From: Minisyncoccota bacterium | GTDB taxonomy: Bacteria; Patescibacteriota; Minisyncoccia; Phycocordibacterales; UBA9973 | DNA length: 64,000 nucleotides | Reading direction: 5' to 3' | NCBI GenBank assembly: GCA_041663185.1 | Contig: JBAZQY010000001.1 | Location: 117,298 to 181,297, forward strand | In this document: positions 55,554 to 64,000 of the stretch, in pieces | How the letters are laid out: each line of letters begins with the position of its first letter | How positions within the stretch are numbered: the stretch's first letter is position 1 | Position numbers and translations under genes: made by a program | Notes under the pieces: generated by a model | What the model was told of the DNA's origin: nothing | The model's database searches: none | The model's input: the letters and a program-made list of their open reading frames with translations, nothing else

Positions 55554-58500
55554 TTAGTTCTCAATTATTATTGGATTAATAACTGTGATTTTTTGAGTAT
55601 CCTGAGCCTGAGCTAATGATCCTCCATCTGTACAAGTAATCGTATAAGTCGTCGTTGTTAATGGGAAAACTGTCGTACTTCCAGAAGTTGCTCCACCGGT
55701 TTCAAATACATCACCAGTACAAGATGTTGCTCCGGTTGAAGTCCAGACAAGATCTGATGATTTACCTTTGAAGATAATTGGCTTAGTTGCCGAAAGATCG
55801 ACAGTCACCGCTCCTCCACCACCAGAACATGCTTGTGTATTACATATTTGAGTCATTTCAGCTGGAGGAGGACAATCTGCTCCTCCATTTTGAGGTACTG
55901 GATTTGTACATGTTCTTATACATGTTTGAGTGCCTCCACCACAAGGAACACTACAAGCACTCCAATCTCCTGCACCACAAATACTCCAACCACCATCAAT
56001 TGGTATCACTGCACATTTTGCTCCATCCCAATCTGTCCCCAAAACACACGCTGTAGTTACATTCGTTTGTGCTAATAGAATCTCACTATTATAAAGGAAG
56101 AAATTAACACCCAAATCATTATGAGGTACAGTAAATGATTGAGAACCATTATTTCCATTGACTGGACTTGGAATACCTGTAGGACTAGTAACGGCAGATG
56201 TCCCAATAGGGTTTATCGTTGTCCAGGTTAGAGTTTGAGTACAGCTAGTACCATTCAAAGGAATAAAACAAGTAGGGTTAAAAGGCAGAAGTGTTCCAGA
56301 CATATCATTACTTACTGTTATTGTCGTCCACTCACCACTACAATTGTTTAATTCATTTGATTCTGGAATATCTCCAGTATCTATTTGTGAACTCTTGTCA
56401 GCACACACTCGCATATAATATGTCCCCACATTAAATGTAAATGCTCGCGAAGTAGTAGCTGATGCTCCTTGAGCAAGAGCATTCATTTCGGGAATAACTG
56501 GATAATCTGTCACTATTCCATTGCCATTAGGTAATGTTGATAATTGAAATAGATTAGTAAATTTATTCACAGTTGAAGCATTACCTTGATTAGTAATAGT
56601 TGAAGAAAATAATGTAGATACCCCAGGAGATACTGTTGTAGGAGTAGGAGAAGAGGCGATCAGGTCTGGTCCTGACATAGTTCCAGGGACTGTAATCATT
56701 GTCCATTCTCCACAGTTATTACTTTCGCTTGATTCCCCTACAACCCCATAATTAGATGCTGAGTCTTTATCGGCACATACACGCATATAATATATTCCTG
56801 CTTGAGTGAATTTATAATTTTTAGTCAAGACACGTGTCTCTCCACTTGCAAGTGCAATTGTCGCAATTACCCCTACGTCATCAGGGGCATTAAATCCACT
56901 TGGACTATTAGTCATTTGAACTAAGTTTTTAAAACCTATAACTGTTCCTGCTGTTCCAATATTTGATATCGTCACACTAAATGGAGTGTCAACTCCAACT
57001 AGCGCTGTTGTTGGTGTAATAGACGAAGTAATAAGATCAGGTAATGAACCCCCTACCGTGATAGATGTCCAGCCACTACAATTATTTCCTTCATTTGATT
57101 CAATTGTAATAGTTCCAGGATTATTAGGAGGCATGTCTGCACAAGCCTGGATGTCATAGGTTCCTGCTAGAGAGAAAGTAATAGCACGTGATGTAACAGC
57201 TGTTGCTCCTGGACCAAGAGGTGACATTGGAGCACCTAAAACTGGGTAATCAACTACTACTCCAATACTATTTCTTGTCTGAAATTTATTTGCAAAACTT
57301 CCTCCAGTTGAAGCAATACCCCGATTTGTAATAGTTGAATAAAACGTTGTGGAAACTCCTGTTTGGGCGACAGTTGGAATAGGCGTAGAGGCAATAAGAT
57401 CTGGTTGTCCTCCAAATAACGCAACGGTAATGGCAGTCCAAGGACTACAATTATTATTTTCATTATATTCGTTAGTAATAGTTCCAGGATTATCTGGTGG
57501 AAGGTCAGCACATACTCGCATATAATATGTACCAGCAGTATTAAATGTAATTGATTTTGAAGTAGGAGTTGAAGATCCCGGACCAAGAGCAGACATTAGG
57601 GGACTTACATTCACCGGATAATTAATCAAACCAAGAGGATTATTGTCACCATCAAATCCCGTTGCTGTCTGGAACAAATTACTAAATCCCGAACCAGTAG
57701 ATCCACCACCTTGATTAGTAATAGTTGATGAATAAGTTTTTGCTATATTAGGAAGCGCCATTGTTGGAGAGGGAGCAGAAGCAACAAGATCTGGAGGACC
57801 AACTGGAGAAGTTACTGTGATCATTATCCATGGACTACTACAATTATTTCCTTCATTTGATTCTGGCTCTGAGCCATTCATTGACATATTTTTATCAGCA
57901 CAAACACGCATATAATATGCCCCGGCTGAAAAGTTAATAGATCTTTGGGTAGTTGTTGATGCTCCTGAAGCAAGAATTGATGTTGAAGAAGTCACATAAT
58001 TTACTACTCCTTCAGGACCATTATCACCAATACTTGTAGCTGTTTGAAATACATTTGTAAAAGTTGACAAAGTAGAAGCATTCCCTTGATTAGTGATGGT
58101 TGAATAAAACGTCGTGGTTCCTGGGCTTGCAGTTGTAGGAGTGGGAGTTGAAGCAATCAAATCTGGTAATGAACCAGATGCGACTGTGATTGTTGTCCAA
58201 CTACTACAATTATTTCCTTCGTCTGATTCATTATCAATAGTTCCAGGACTAACAGGAGGGAGATCGGCACAGACTCGCATACCATATTCTCCTGCTGTAT
58301 TAAATTTTATTGATTTTGAGGTTGCATTCGATTCTCCTCCAAGCAAGATATCCATATTAGGAGAAACGGCATAATCTGTTATAGTTCCTTCTCCGTTTGG
58401 TAATGTTGAAGTCTGGAATTTATTTGCAAATGATCTCTCAGTTGAGCCTTGTCCCTGGTTAGTAATCACAGCTGAGAAAGTTTTATACACTCCCGGAACA

Positions 58501-59717
58501 GCCGTTGTTGGATTTGGGGCAGAAGCGATAAGATCAGCGACGGTTGCAGTACATTTTGCTCCATCCCAACTACTCCCCGTAGCACAATTCAAAGTAATCG
58601 TCTGACTTGCAAGATCATTCGAGGCATAAGTTGGATTGTTTAGTGTATTATTTTGTCCATCAACTCTATTTTTAGAAATTAAAGTTCCTGTTCCGCTAGT
58701 TGCTCCTAGTGGAATTACACCAATTCCAGAAAGAGTTACGAGACTAGAGTTTCCTGAGGTTCCAACAGTACTATTATTACCGTTCCAAACAAAAGTATTG
58801 TAATTATCTTTCGGACTAGTTGTTGTCCAATTCATAGAAATCTGACAACTATTGCCATTAGCTGGAATTATACAAGAAGATGATCCAGCCGGAACCAGAG
58901 TTCCAGATTGTCCTTGAACATTTTCTGTGGAACTTGAAAAAATAGGATTTGATATATCAGGACCACATTTTAATTGGAAAAGGTTTGTATCGTTCTGGTT
59001 TAGAACATCTATATTTTGATTAAAAACAAAAGACGAAAAAGGAAGAAGGGCTTCCGTTGCACCTGAAGGAAGCACTTTAAATGCTGTAGTTCCACTATTT
59101 TTCAATACACAACTATCTCCTGTAGGGAAATCCCATGCAGTAACAGTCAAATATGCTGTCCCTATACCAGAGGTGTTAGAATCATTCTTCTTTACTATAT
59201 TTTTAATTCGAGTTTGATCTTTTGAAAGAGAAACTGCTGCTACCAAAACCGTAGCTTCTCCAGAAATTGAGCCGTTGGAGCCAGTACAAACTATAGGGTA
59301 AGAAGTGTGTTCTGTAGGGCTCACAGAAATACTTCCTCCTGTCGCAGTAGAACCGAGTACTCCCGTATCACAACTATCAGCACCAACTGATGACCAAGTA
59401 ATAGTTGAATTTTGTCCAGGATATATATATGCCGGGTTTGCAGTAACATTAATATCCATTCCTTCACCCCCGCCACCATTATTATCACCTATCCATTGGC
59501 ACCATGTTGCTTTGTTTAAATGGTAATATGGGTCTTGGTCACATTCAATGTCTGTATGGCGATTTGTGCAATGTTCATTTTCCTGATGAAATGGTTCCGT
59601 GTCTGGAACAGTATAATCAACAGTACAATATCCTTCTGCATTAACAATCGAACTTGAACTCAAAAAAATAGTAAAAATAAAGACAAACAATAAAAGAGAA
59701 TATTTAAATAGTTTCAT
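55554..59717 (-). CDS. Giant (1387 aa) secreted/surface protein with ~6 tandem CARDB-like repeats and a thrombospondin-type-1-like (TSP1) Cys module
   Basis: Signal peptide MKLFKYSLLLFVFIFTIFLSSSSIVNA. The ~110-aa repeats each have PDLIAS.P.PT...G....F...ITN.G.A and MRVCAD....E.NE.NNCS.WT.ITV. The segment WSICGAGDWSACSVPCGGGTQTCIRTC matches the TSP1 pattern. Confidence 0.6.
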   Translation of the reverse strand: MKLFKYSLLLFVFIFTIFLSSSSIVNAEGYCTVDYTVPDTEPFHQENEHCTNRHTDIECDQDPYYHLNKATWCQWIGDNNGGGGEGMDINVTANPAYIYPGQNSTITWSSVGADSCDTGVLGSTATGGSISVSPTEHTSYPIVCTGSNGSISGEATVLVAAVSLSKDQTRIKNIVKKNDSNTSGIGTAYLTVTAWDFPTGDSCVLKNSGTTAFKVLPSGATEALLPFSSFVFNQNIDVLNQNDTNLFQLKCGPDISNPIFSSSTENVQGQSGTLVPAGSSSCIIPANGNSCQISMNWTTTSPKDNYNTFVWNGNNSTVGTSGNSSLVTLSGIGVIPLGATSGTGTLISKNRVDGQNNTLNNPTYASNDLASQTITLNCATGSSWDGAKCTATVADLIASAPNPTTAVPGVYKTFSAVITNQGQGSTERSFANKFQTSTLPNGEGTITDYAVSPNMDILLGGESNATSKSIKFNTAGEYGMRVCADLPPVSPGTIDNESDEGNNCSSWTTITVASGSLPDLIASTPTPTTASPGTTTFYSTITNQGNASTLSTFTNVFQTATSIGDNGPEGVVNYVTSSTSILASGASTTTQRSINFSAGAYYMRVCADKNMSMNGSEPESNEGNNCSSPWIMITVTSPVGPPDLVASAPSPTMALPNIAKTYSSTITNQGGGSTGSGFSNLFQTATGFDGDNNPLGLINYPVNVSPLMSALGPGSSTPTSKSITFNTAGTYYMRVCADLPPDNPGTITNEYNENNNCSPWTAITVALFGGQPDLIASTPIPTVAQTGVSTTFYSTITNRGIASTGGSFANKFQTRNSIGVVVDYPVLGAPMSPLGPGATAVTSRAITFSLAGTYDIQACADMPPNNPGTITIESNEGNNCSGWTSITVGGSLPDLITSSITPTTALVGVDTPFSVTISNIGTAGTVIGFKNLVQMTNSPSGFNAPDDVGVIATIALASGETRVLTKNYKFTQAGIYYMRVCADKDSASNYGVVGESSESNNCGEWTMITVPGTMSGPDLIASSPTPTTVSPGVSTLFSSTITNQGNASTVNKFTNLFQLSTLPNGNGIVTDYPVIPEMNALAQGASATTSRAFTFNVGTYYMRVCADKSSQIDTGDIPESNELNNCSGEWTTITVSNDMSGTLLPFNPTCFIPLNGTSCTQTLTWTTINPIGTSAVTSPTGIPSPVNGNNGSQSFTVPHNDLGVNFFLYNSEILLAQTNVTTACVLGTDWDGAKCAVIPIDGGWSICGAGDWSACSVPCGGGTQTCIRTCTNPVPQNGGADCPPPAEMTQICNTQACSGGGGAVTVDLSATKPIIFKGKSSDLVWTSTGATSCTGDVFETGGATSGSTTVFPLTTTTYTITCTDGGSLAQAQDTQKITVINPIIIEN

Positions 59718-59900
59718 ACTTATCTAGCCATAGCTATTTGCGTAGGCGAATTAATTTAATAATGATGTCAAAAACTAAATTTATTTAGTTATGTAAATTA
59801 TACCATAAAATGTAATACAAAAATATAAAGAGTAGTTATCCACAAATAAAAAAGAGGCTACTTTATAAAAGCAGCCTCAAAGTTACTAACAAAAATCTAT

Positions 59901-60863
59901 CTAATTATGGATACGTATAAATGTTTCCCTTGTCATCAGTTGAGCCCCCAGCGGATGATATTGCCAGACCAAAGTATCTGAAGAAAGAGAAACAATTTCA
60001 CGAGTATCAATGTTACCATTGTTACTAAGAATCAATGTGTTTCCTTCTAAAGACCAATTGAATTCGGCCATTGTGGGTTCAGTACCACATTTAATTTCTC
60101 CAAAATTCGCTATCATTCTTGAATCCGGACAATATGTAGTTGTGTCATCAGAAAAACAAAGTCTCGGTTCTCCAGGCACCCATTCGTTCCCAGGAGGAAC
60201 CTCGAAATATATTGCCGATATTCCTCCCCATGAGCCCATTTTGGAAGAGATAGTATCAGCTCTTGTTGGAGCATTAACTGTGATGGAAACACTACATCTC
60301 CCTTCTTCAACACCATTATTATAACCAATGGCATCATAGGTTTTGGAAGCATCCAAAAGTGGTGTCTCAATGGTATCACTGGAAGAACTGTTCCAGTTCC
60401 AACCCTCTATGTTGGTCCAAATGGAGTCACAACCATAACTTTCGATTGTGATTGAAGTAGCTGTCCGCCAGGGAATCTGAGTACTTGAAGCACTCATCTT
60501 AAGTGGCAGGTGGCCAAACACGTAGCATATTTTTTCTACACTTATCGGGATACGTTCGTCCCAATAAAATGTAATCGTGACGGAGCTCATACCCTCTTCT
60601 GCCATAATGACAGTGGTGGTATCTTGTAACGGGTCTTTGTCGAATATTGTATCTCCGGTGGGGAATACAACGCTCACCCTGTCAGCACCGTTTGATGAGA
60701 ATGGGATACTAATCACTTTTCCTACCATTCCATGCACCTGGCTGGGAACGTTAGTGATTTTATATTTTTGTGTATCTTCATTCGGAGGACTTTCTTTCTC
60801 GCATCCTGTTAAAAACCACAGGGAAAGAGAAAAGACGATTATCAGAAAAGTCTTGGTCTTCAT
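59901..60863 (-). CDS. Hypothetical lipoprotein
   Basis: Lipobox ...LWFLTGC at residues 17-21. GC appears higher (low-to-mid 40s %) than the surroundings. Confidence 0.5.
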   Translation of the reverse strand: MKTKTFLIIVFSLSLWFLTGCEKESPPNEDTQKYKITNVPSQVHGMVGKVISIPFSSNGADRVSVVFPTGDTIFDKDPLQDTTTVIMAEEGMSSVTITFYWDERIPISVEKICYVFGHLPLKMSASSTQIPWRTATSITIESYGCDSIWTNIEGWNWNSSSSDTIETPLLDASKTYDAIGYNNGVEEGRCSVSITVNAPTRADTISSKMGSWGGISAIYFEVPPGNEWVPGEPRLCFSDDTTTYCPDSRMIANFGEIKCGTEPTMAEFNWSLEGNTLILSNNGNIDTREIVSLSSDTLVWQYHPLGAQLMTRETFIRIHN

Positions 60864-61031
60864 ATTGTTCAGTTTTTTGTTTTTTTGTGAATAGGTTAAT
60901 TTATATTTATCCCGACAAACCCTTATTTCTCAAGATAAATATAAATTAACCCGAACAAAGTACTTACCCATATTATCCTACTTTACTAGAGGTTTTGTCA
61001 AGGAGTTATCCCCATTTTATCCCCACCCACA

Positions 61032-61058
61032 ATATAGCGAAGTCCGACTTCACTATAT
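61032..61058. repeat. REP-like palindrome immediately 3' of the RAYT-like gene
   Basis: atatagcGAAGTC-c-GACTTCactatat. Confidence 0.6.
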
Positions 61059-61790
61059 CTATTCCATATCTAAAATAACCTCTTGTGGTAAATTTTCATT
61101 ATTTTTTAAATTAAATGATTCAATCCAATTTAAAATTTCCTTTTTCTGTTTTTCTTCACCCCCTAATCTATGTAATAAAAAATCTTTTTTAATTATCGAT
61201 GGAAAATTTTTTTGACCAACATAGTCCAAATAACTGCTCCATCTGTATTTATTCAAAAAATCAATAGCTTTTTCGAGATCATTAATTTTTCCCTCTCTCC
61301 ACTCTTTAAATTTATAATCAAGCGGATTTAAGTGGATATATATCGGTAAATACATCAAATGTGAATCTTTTTTTAGATTGACTGATTTAAATTTCCCCTG
61401 AAAAAGTGCCCCAGTTCTTTCATATTTTTTATTAAAATAATTTGTATATCCAGTTCCTAATTTCCGCATGAATTCTGTAATTCCATTTTCTGTCTTTTGT
61501 CTAACCATCAAATGAAAATGATTATCCATCAAACAATAAGCCAAAATCTCCACCAATACTTCCCTAGGTTTTCTCGTAATATTAGGAAGTCCGACTTCCT
61601 TAAGTTTATTATTTTTTGACTTGAGGTATAAAGCTAAGTTAATTGTTGGGTTCTTATCATTAAACTCAAATAAATCGTGAACGAAGCGAAATCTATCATC
61701 GTCATCCATGAAAATATTGCGTTTATCTACACCTCTATTATAAATATGATAGATTTCTCCAAAAACTAAATGTGTTTTTCTTAATGACAT
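61059..61790 (-). mobile_element. RAYT-like Y1/HUH transposase-like protein (REP-associated tyrosine transposase family)
   Basis: YHIYNRG, DDDDRFRF, HUH motif YCLMDNHFHLMV, then ...GTGYTNYFNKKYERTGALFQGKFKS...IYIHLNP, matching the family signature. An internal REP-like palindrome lies at 61582..61603. Confidence 0.6.
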
Positions 61791-61816
61791 AATTGTATTA
61801 TATCACCAAAAACAAA

Positions 61817-61841
61817 CTATAGGAAGTCGGACTTCCTATAG
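61817..61841. repeat. REP-like perfect palindrome immediately 5' of the RAYT-like gene
   Basis: ctataGGAAGTC-g-GACTTCCtatag. Confidence 0.65.
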
Positions 61842-61887
61842 TTTTAAATTTGACCGCGAAGACACTTTATAGTAGTATTTATTTTGT

Positions 61888-61910
61888 AAGTCCGTTCTCG
61901 AACCGGACTT
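61888..61910. repeat. REP-like hairpin followed by a T-tract
   Basis: AAGTCCG-ttctcgaac-CGGACTT followed by ttatttttat. agtagtat lies just upstream. Confidence 0.5.
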
Positions 61911-62026
61911 TTATTTTTATCAGCCCTCGCACAGAGCCACGGCTAGATGAAAGGAAAATTATAATTTAATAAAAAGGTATTCGGATTTTAGCTAGCACCT
62001 AGAAACTGGAACCTAGAAACTAATCT

Positions 62027-63211
62027 ATGTTAGATTTAAAAACAATGAAGTCGGCCCTCGAGCAACTCGAGCAGGAAAGAAAAATTCCTCGCGAAAAAAT
62101 AATCGACGCTATCGAACAAGCTCTGGCTGCCGCCTATAAAAAAGATTACGGGAAAAAAGGTCAAATCATTCGCGCCAAGATAGATATTGAAACTGGCGTG
62201 ATGGAATTTTATCAAATCAAAATTGTTGTCGACGATACACTAGTTCGGATGACTGAAGAAGACGAGGAAGAAGAAATCGCTGAAGACGATGAGAGAGTTC
62301 GTTTCAACGAGGAACATCATATCCTGATCGAAGATGCAAAAAAAATAAAAAAGAATGTTGTACCTGGAGAAGAATTAGTCTTCCCTCTTGAAAATAAAGA
62401 TGATTACGGCCGTATCGCTGCTCAAACCGCCAAACAAGTTATTATTCAAAAAATTCGCGAAGCAGAACGTGGAGCGATTATTGATGAATATGGAAATAAA
62501 GAAGGAGAAATAATAAATGGCTTCGTTTCAAAAGTAGAAAGGGGAATTGTTTATATTGATTTCAATCGGGCAACAGGAATTATTTTACCTGAAGAACAAA
62601 TCCCTGGCGAATTCTATCGCCGTGGCGATAGAATTCGCGCCTATTTATATTCCGTCGAAGAAACTCCCCGTGGCGTAAATCTTAAACTTTCACGAACTCA
62701 TCCTGAACTTATTGATGGATTATTCGCCATGGAAGCCCCAGAAATTGCTTCGGGTGTTGTCGAAATAAAATCAATCGCCCGTGAAGCTGGAAGTCGTTCA
62801 AAGATCGCAGTTTTCTCAAATGATGAGCATGTTGACCCTGTCGGTTCATGTGTCGGACAAAAAGGTGTTCGCGTCACAACTGTCATGAGTGAATTAAATG
62901 GTGAAAAAATAGATATTATTCCTTGGTCCGCCGACCCAGAAAGTTATATTGCAAGTGCTATTTCTCCAGCCAATGTTCTTTCTATTGATGTAAATGAAAA
63001 TGAACACAAGGCCGTAATTGAAGTTGCAAATGATCAACTCTCTCTTGCCATCGGAAAGGGTGGACAAAATGTCCGCCTAGCTGCCAAACTTACTGGTTGG
63101 AGAATAGATATAAAAAGTACAGAAGGAAAAATTGAAACCTCTGGAGAAATTGCCGATAGTGATGTTATACTAGATGATGGTATTGTTGATGATGGTACTG
63201 ATGATAAGTAA
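62027..63211 (+). CDS. nusA: Transcription termination/antitermination factor NusA
   Basis: N-terminal RNAP-binding domain, an S1 domain, tandem KH domains (...IGKGGQNVRLA...) and an acidic C-terminus. Confidence 0.9.
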   Translation: MLDLKTMKSALEQLEQERKIPREKIIDAIEQALAAAYKKDYGKKGQIIRAKIDIETGVMEFYQIKIVVDDTLVRMTEEDEEEEIAEDDERVRFNEEHHILIEDAKKIKKNVVPGEELVFPLENKDDYGRIAAQTAKQVIIQKIREAERGAIIDEYGNKEGEIINGFVSKVERGIVYIDFNRATGIILPEEQIPGEFYRRGDRIRAYLYSVEETPRGVNLKLSRTHPELIDGLFAMEAPEIASGVVEIKSIAREAGSRSKIAVFSNDEHVDPVGSCVGQKGVRVTTVMSELNGEKIDIIPWSADPESYIASAISPANVLSIDVNENEHKAVIEVANDQLSLAIGKGGQNVRLAAKLTGWRIDIKSTEGKIETSGEIADSDVILDDGIVDDGTDDK

Positions 63212-63295
63212 TTAGTAGTAGGTAGAAAGTAGCAGGTAGTAAGAAAAAGAATTTGGAATTTCCCTTACTACTTACTACATATTACTTGCTACATT
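63212..63295. repeat. GTAG-heptad imperfect hairpin (REP-like family) downstream of nusA
   Basis: Left arm ttaGTAGtagGTAGaaaGTAGcagGTAGtaag and right arm cccttaCTACttaCTACatattaCTtgCTACatt. Confidence 0.6.
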
Positions 63296-63365
63296 ATTAA
63301 AAAGGTCAAATTATTATAAATAAAAAATTCTAGTAGCTAATATTTAGTTACTAAAAGCTAATCAG

Positions 63366-64000
63366 ATGAATCCTTTCATTATATTCGCATTAGTTTCCTC
63401 AGTTATCGCAATTGTTTACGGTTTGTTTTTAATTAGAGTCGTCATGAAAAAGGGCACAGGTGATGCCAAAATGCAAAGTATTGCTCTTGCAATTCAGCAA
63501 GGAGCCAAAGCATATTTGAATCGCCAATACAAAACAATCGGCATCATTGCTGTTGTTTTATTCTTAATTATCGGTTTCGTCCCAATGCTTGGCTGGATGA
63601 TGGCCATTAGCTTCTTGGTTGGAGCAATACTCTCTGCACTGGCTGGATACATCGGTATGAATGTTTCCGTCCGTGCAAATGTTCGTACAACTGAAGAAGC
63701 AAAGAAGGGATTAAAAGAAGCTCTTGGTCTTGCCTTCAAAGGTGGAACTGTCACTGGACTTCTCGTTGTTGGACTTGCACTTCTCGGAGTTACTTTATTT
63801 TATATAATCGCTGACAAATTTGTCGGAGCTGGAGCTGTCCGCTCTCTTATCGGACTTTCATTCGGTGCCAGTTTGATTTCGGTTTTCGCTCGACTTGGTG
63901 GAGGAATATTTACCAAGGCCGCTGATGTCGGAGCTGACCTTGTCGGAAAAGTTGAAGCTGGAATTCCTGAAGATGATCCTCGTAATCCTGCTGTCATTGC
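63366..64000 (+). CDS. hppA: Membrane-bound proton/sodium-translocating pyrophosphatase (HppA), N-terminal part; continues past the window end
   Basis: [20 protein letters not shown]..., multiple TM helices, and ...[35 protein letters not shown], a conserved M-PPase motif. No stop before 64000. Confidence 0.75.
   Translation, partial: MNPFIIFALVSSVIAIVYGLFLIRVVMKKGTGDAKMQSIALAIQQGAKAYLNRQYKTIGIIAVVLFLIIGFVPMLGWMMAISFLVGAILSALAGYIGMNVSVRANVRTTEEAKKGLKEALGLAFKGGTVTGLLVVGLALLGVTLFYIIADKFVGAGAVRSLIGLSFGASLISVFARLGGGIFTKAADVGADLVGKVEAGIPEDDPRNPAVI

Noticed and set aside
59901-60863. Elevated-GC lipoprotein gene as a separate horizontal-transfer island
   Set aside because: The GC shift is modest and was not computed exactly. 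It is mentioned only as context for the adjacent RAYT/REP block, not as an independent finding.
1-64000. CRISPR arrays, rRNA genes, prophage or integrase genes, group I/II introns
   Set aside because: I looked for regularly spaced direct repeats, rRNA-like conserved stretches, integrase or recombinase motifs and intron RNA domains. None was found. The repeats present are palindromic or heptad type, not CRISPR-like.

Overview
This window reads as an AT-rich (about 30-35% GC) bacterial chromosome segment; the noncoding repeats and palindromes look more novel than any of the protein-coding genes. Several traits are consistent with a CPR/Patescibacteria-like organism, which is an inference: start-codon upstream regions mostly lack a Shine-Dalgarno sequence, L30 (and apparently L29) are absent from the ribosomal-protein cluster, a tRNA-Ile carries a UAU anticodon, and a type IV pilus system is present. 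The repeat/palindrome highlights are: (i) a three-copy ~90-100-nt palindromic element with a conserved GC-rich core sitting inside copy-specific hairpins at gene 3' ends; (ii) a family of GTAG-heptad hairpins; (iii) a RAYT-like Y1/HUH transposase-like gene flanked by REP-like palindromes; (iv) a 42-nt perfect palindrome and a duplicated promoter-plus-leader where foreign genes interrupt the ribosomal operon; (v) a LAGLIDADG endonuclease between two Ser-type tRNAs, one with an unusual anticodon; (vi) a PaaX-like regulator bracketed by 39-nt palindromic repeats next to a frameshifted Cys-rich gene; and (vii) a GC-rich segment shared between a phosphomutase coding region and an intergenic 'junkyard'.

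Gene content from left to right:
- A minus-strand type IV pilus operon at 1-10864: pilM/N/O, pilB, a receiver domain, pilT, pilC, two tandem major-pilin paralogues, pilD and two further pilin-like genes.
- comFC, an ATP-grasp ligase, a GC-rich island with a DksA/TraR-like gene, and a DMT permease.
- A LAGLIDADG endonuclease between two tRNAs, a cytoplasmic two-component pair, and recG.
- tRNA-Ile(UAU), ftsH, smpB and tmRNA.
- A phosphomutase, infC-rpmI-rplT, a beta-CASP/MBL nuclease, a CYTH protein, ndk, and a large TraD/VirD4-like ATPase.
- map, a frameshifted Cys-rich gene with the divergent PaaX-like regulator, and pyrH-adk-secY.
- A long minus-strand ribosomal-protein cluster (rplO through rpsJ, then tuf), interrupted by two independently transcribed secreted-protein genes and by dgkA.
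- A 1387-aa surface protein with CARDB-like repeats and a TSP1-like module, a lipoprotein, the RAYT-like transposase-like gene with REP-like palindromes, nusA, and the start of a membrane pyrophosphatase.

No CRISPR array, rRNA gene or recognisable prophage was seen. All coordinates outside the supplied ORF track were counted by hand and may be off by 1-2 nt.
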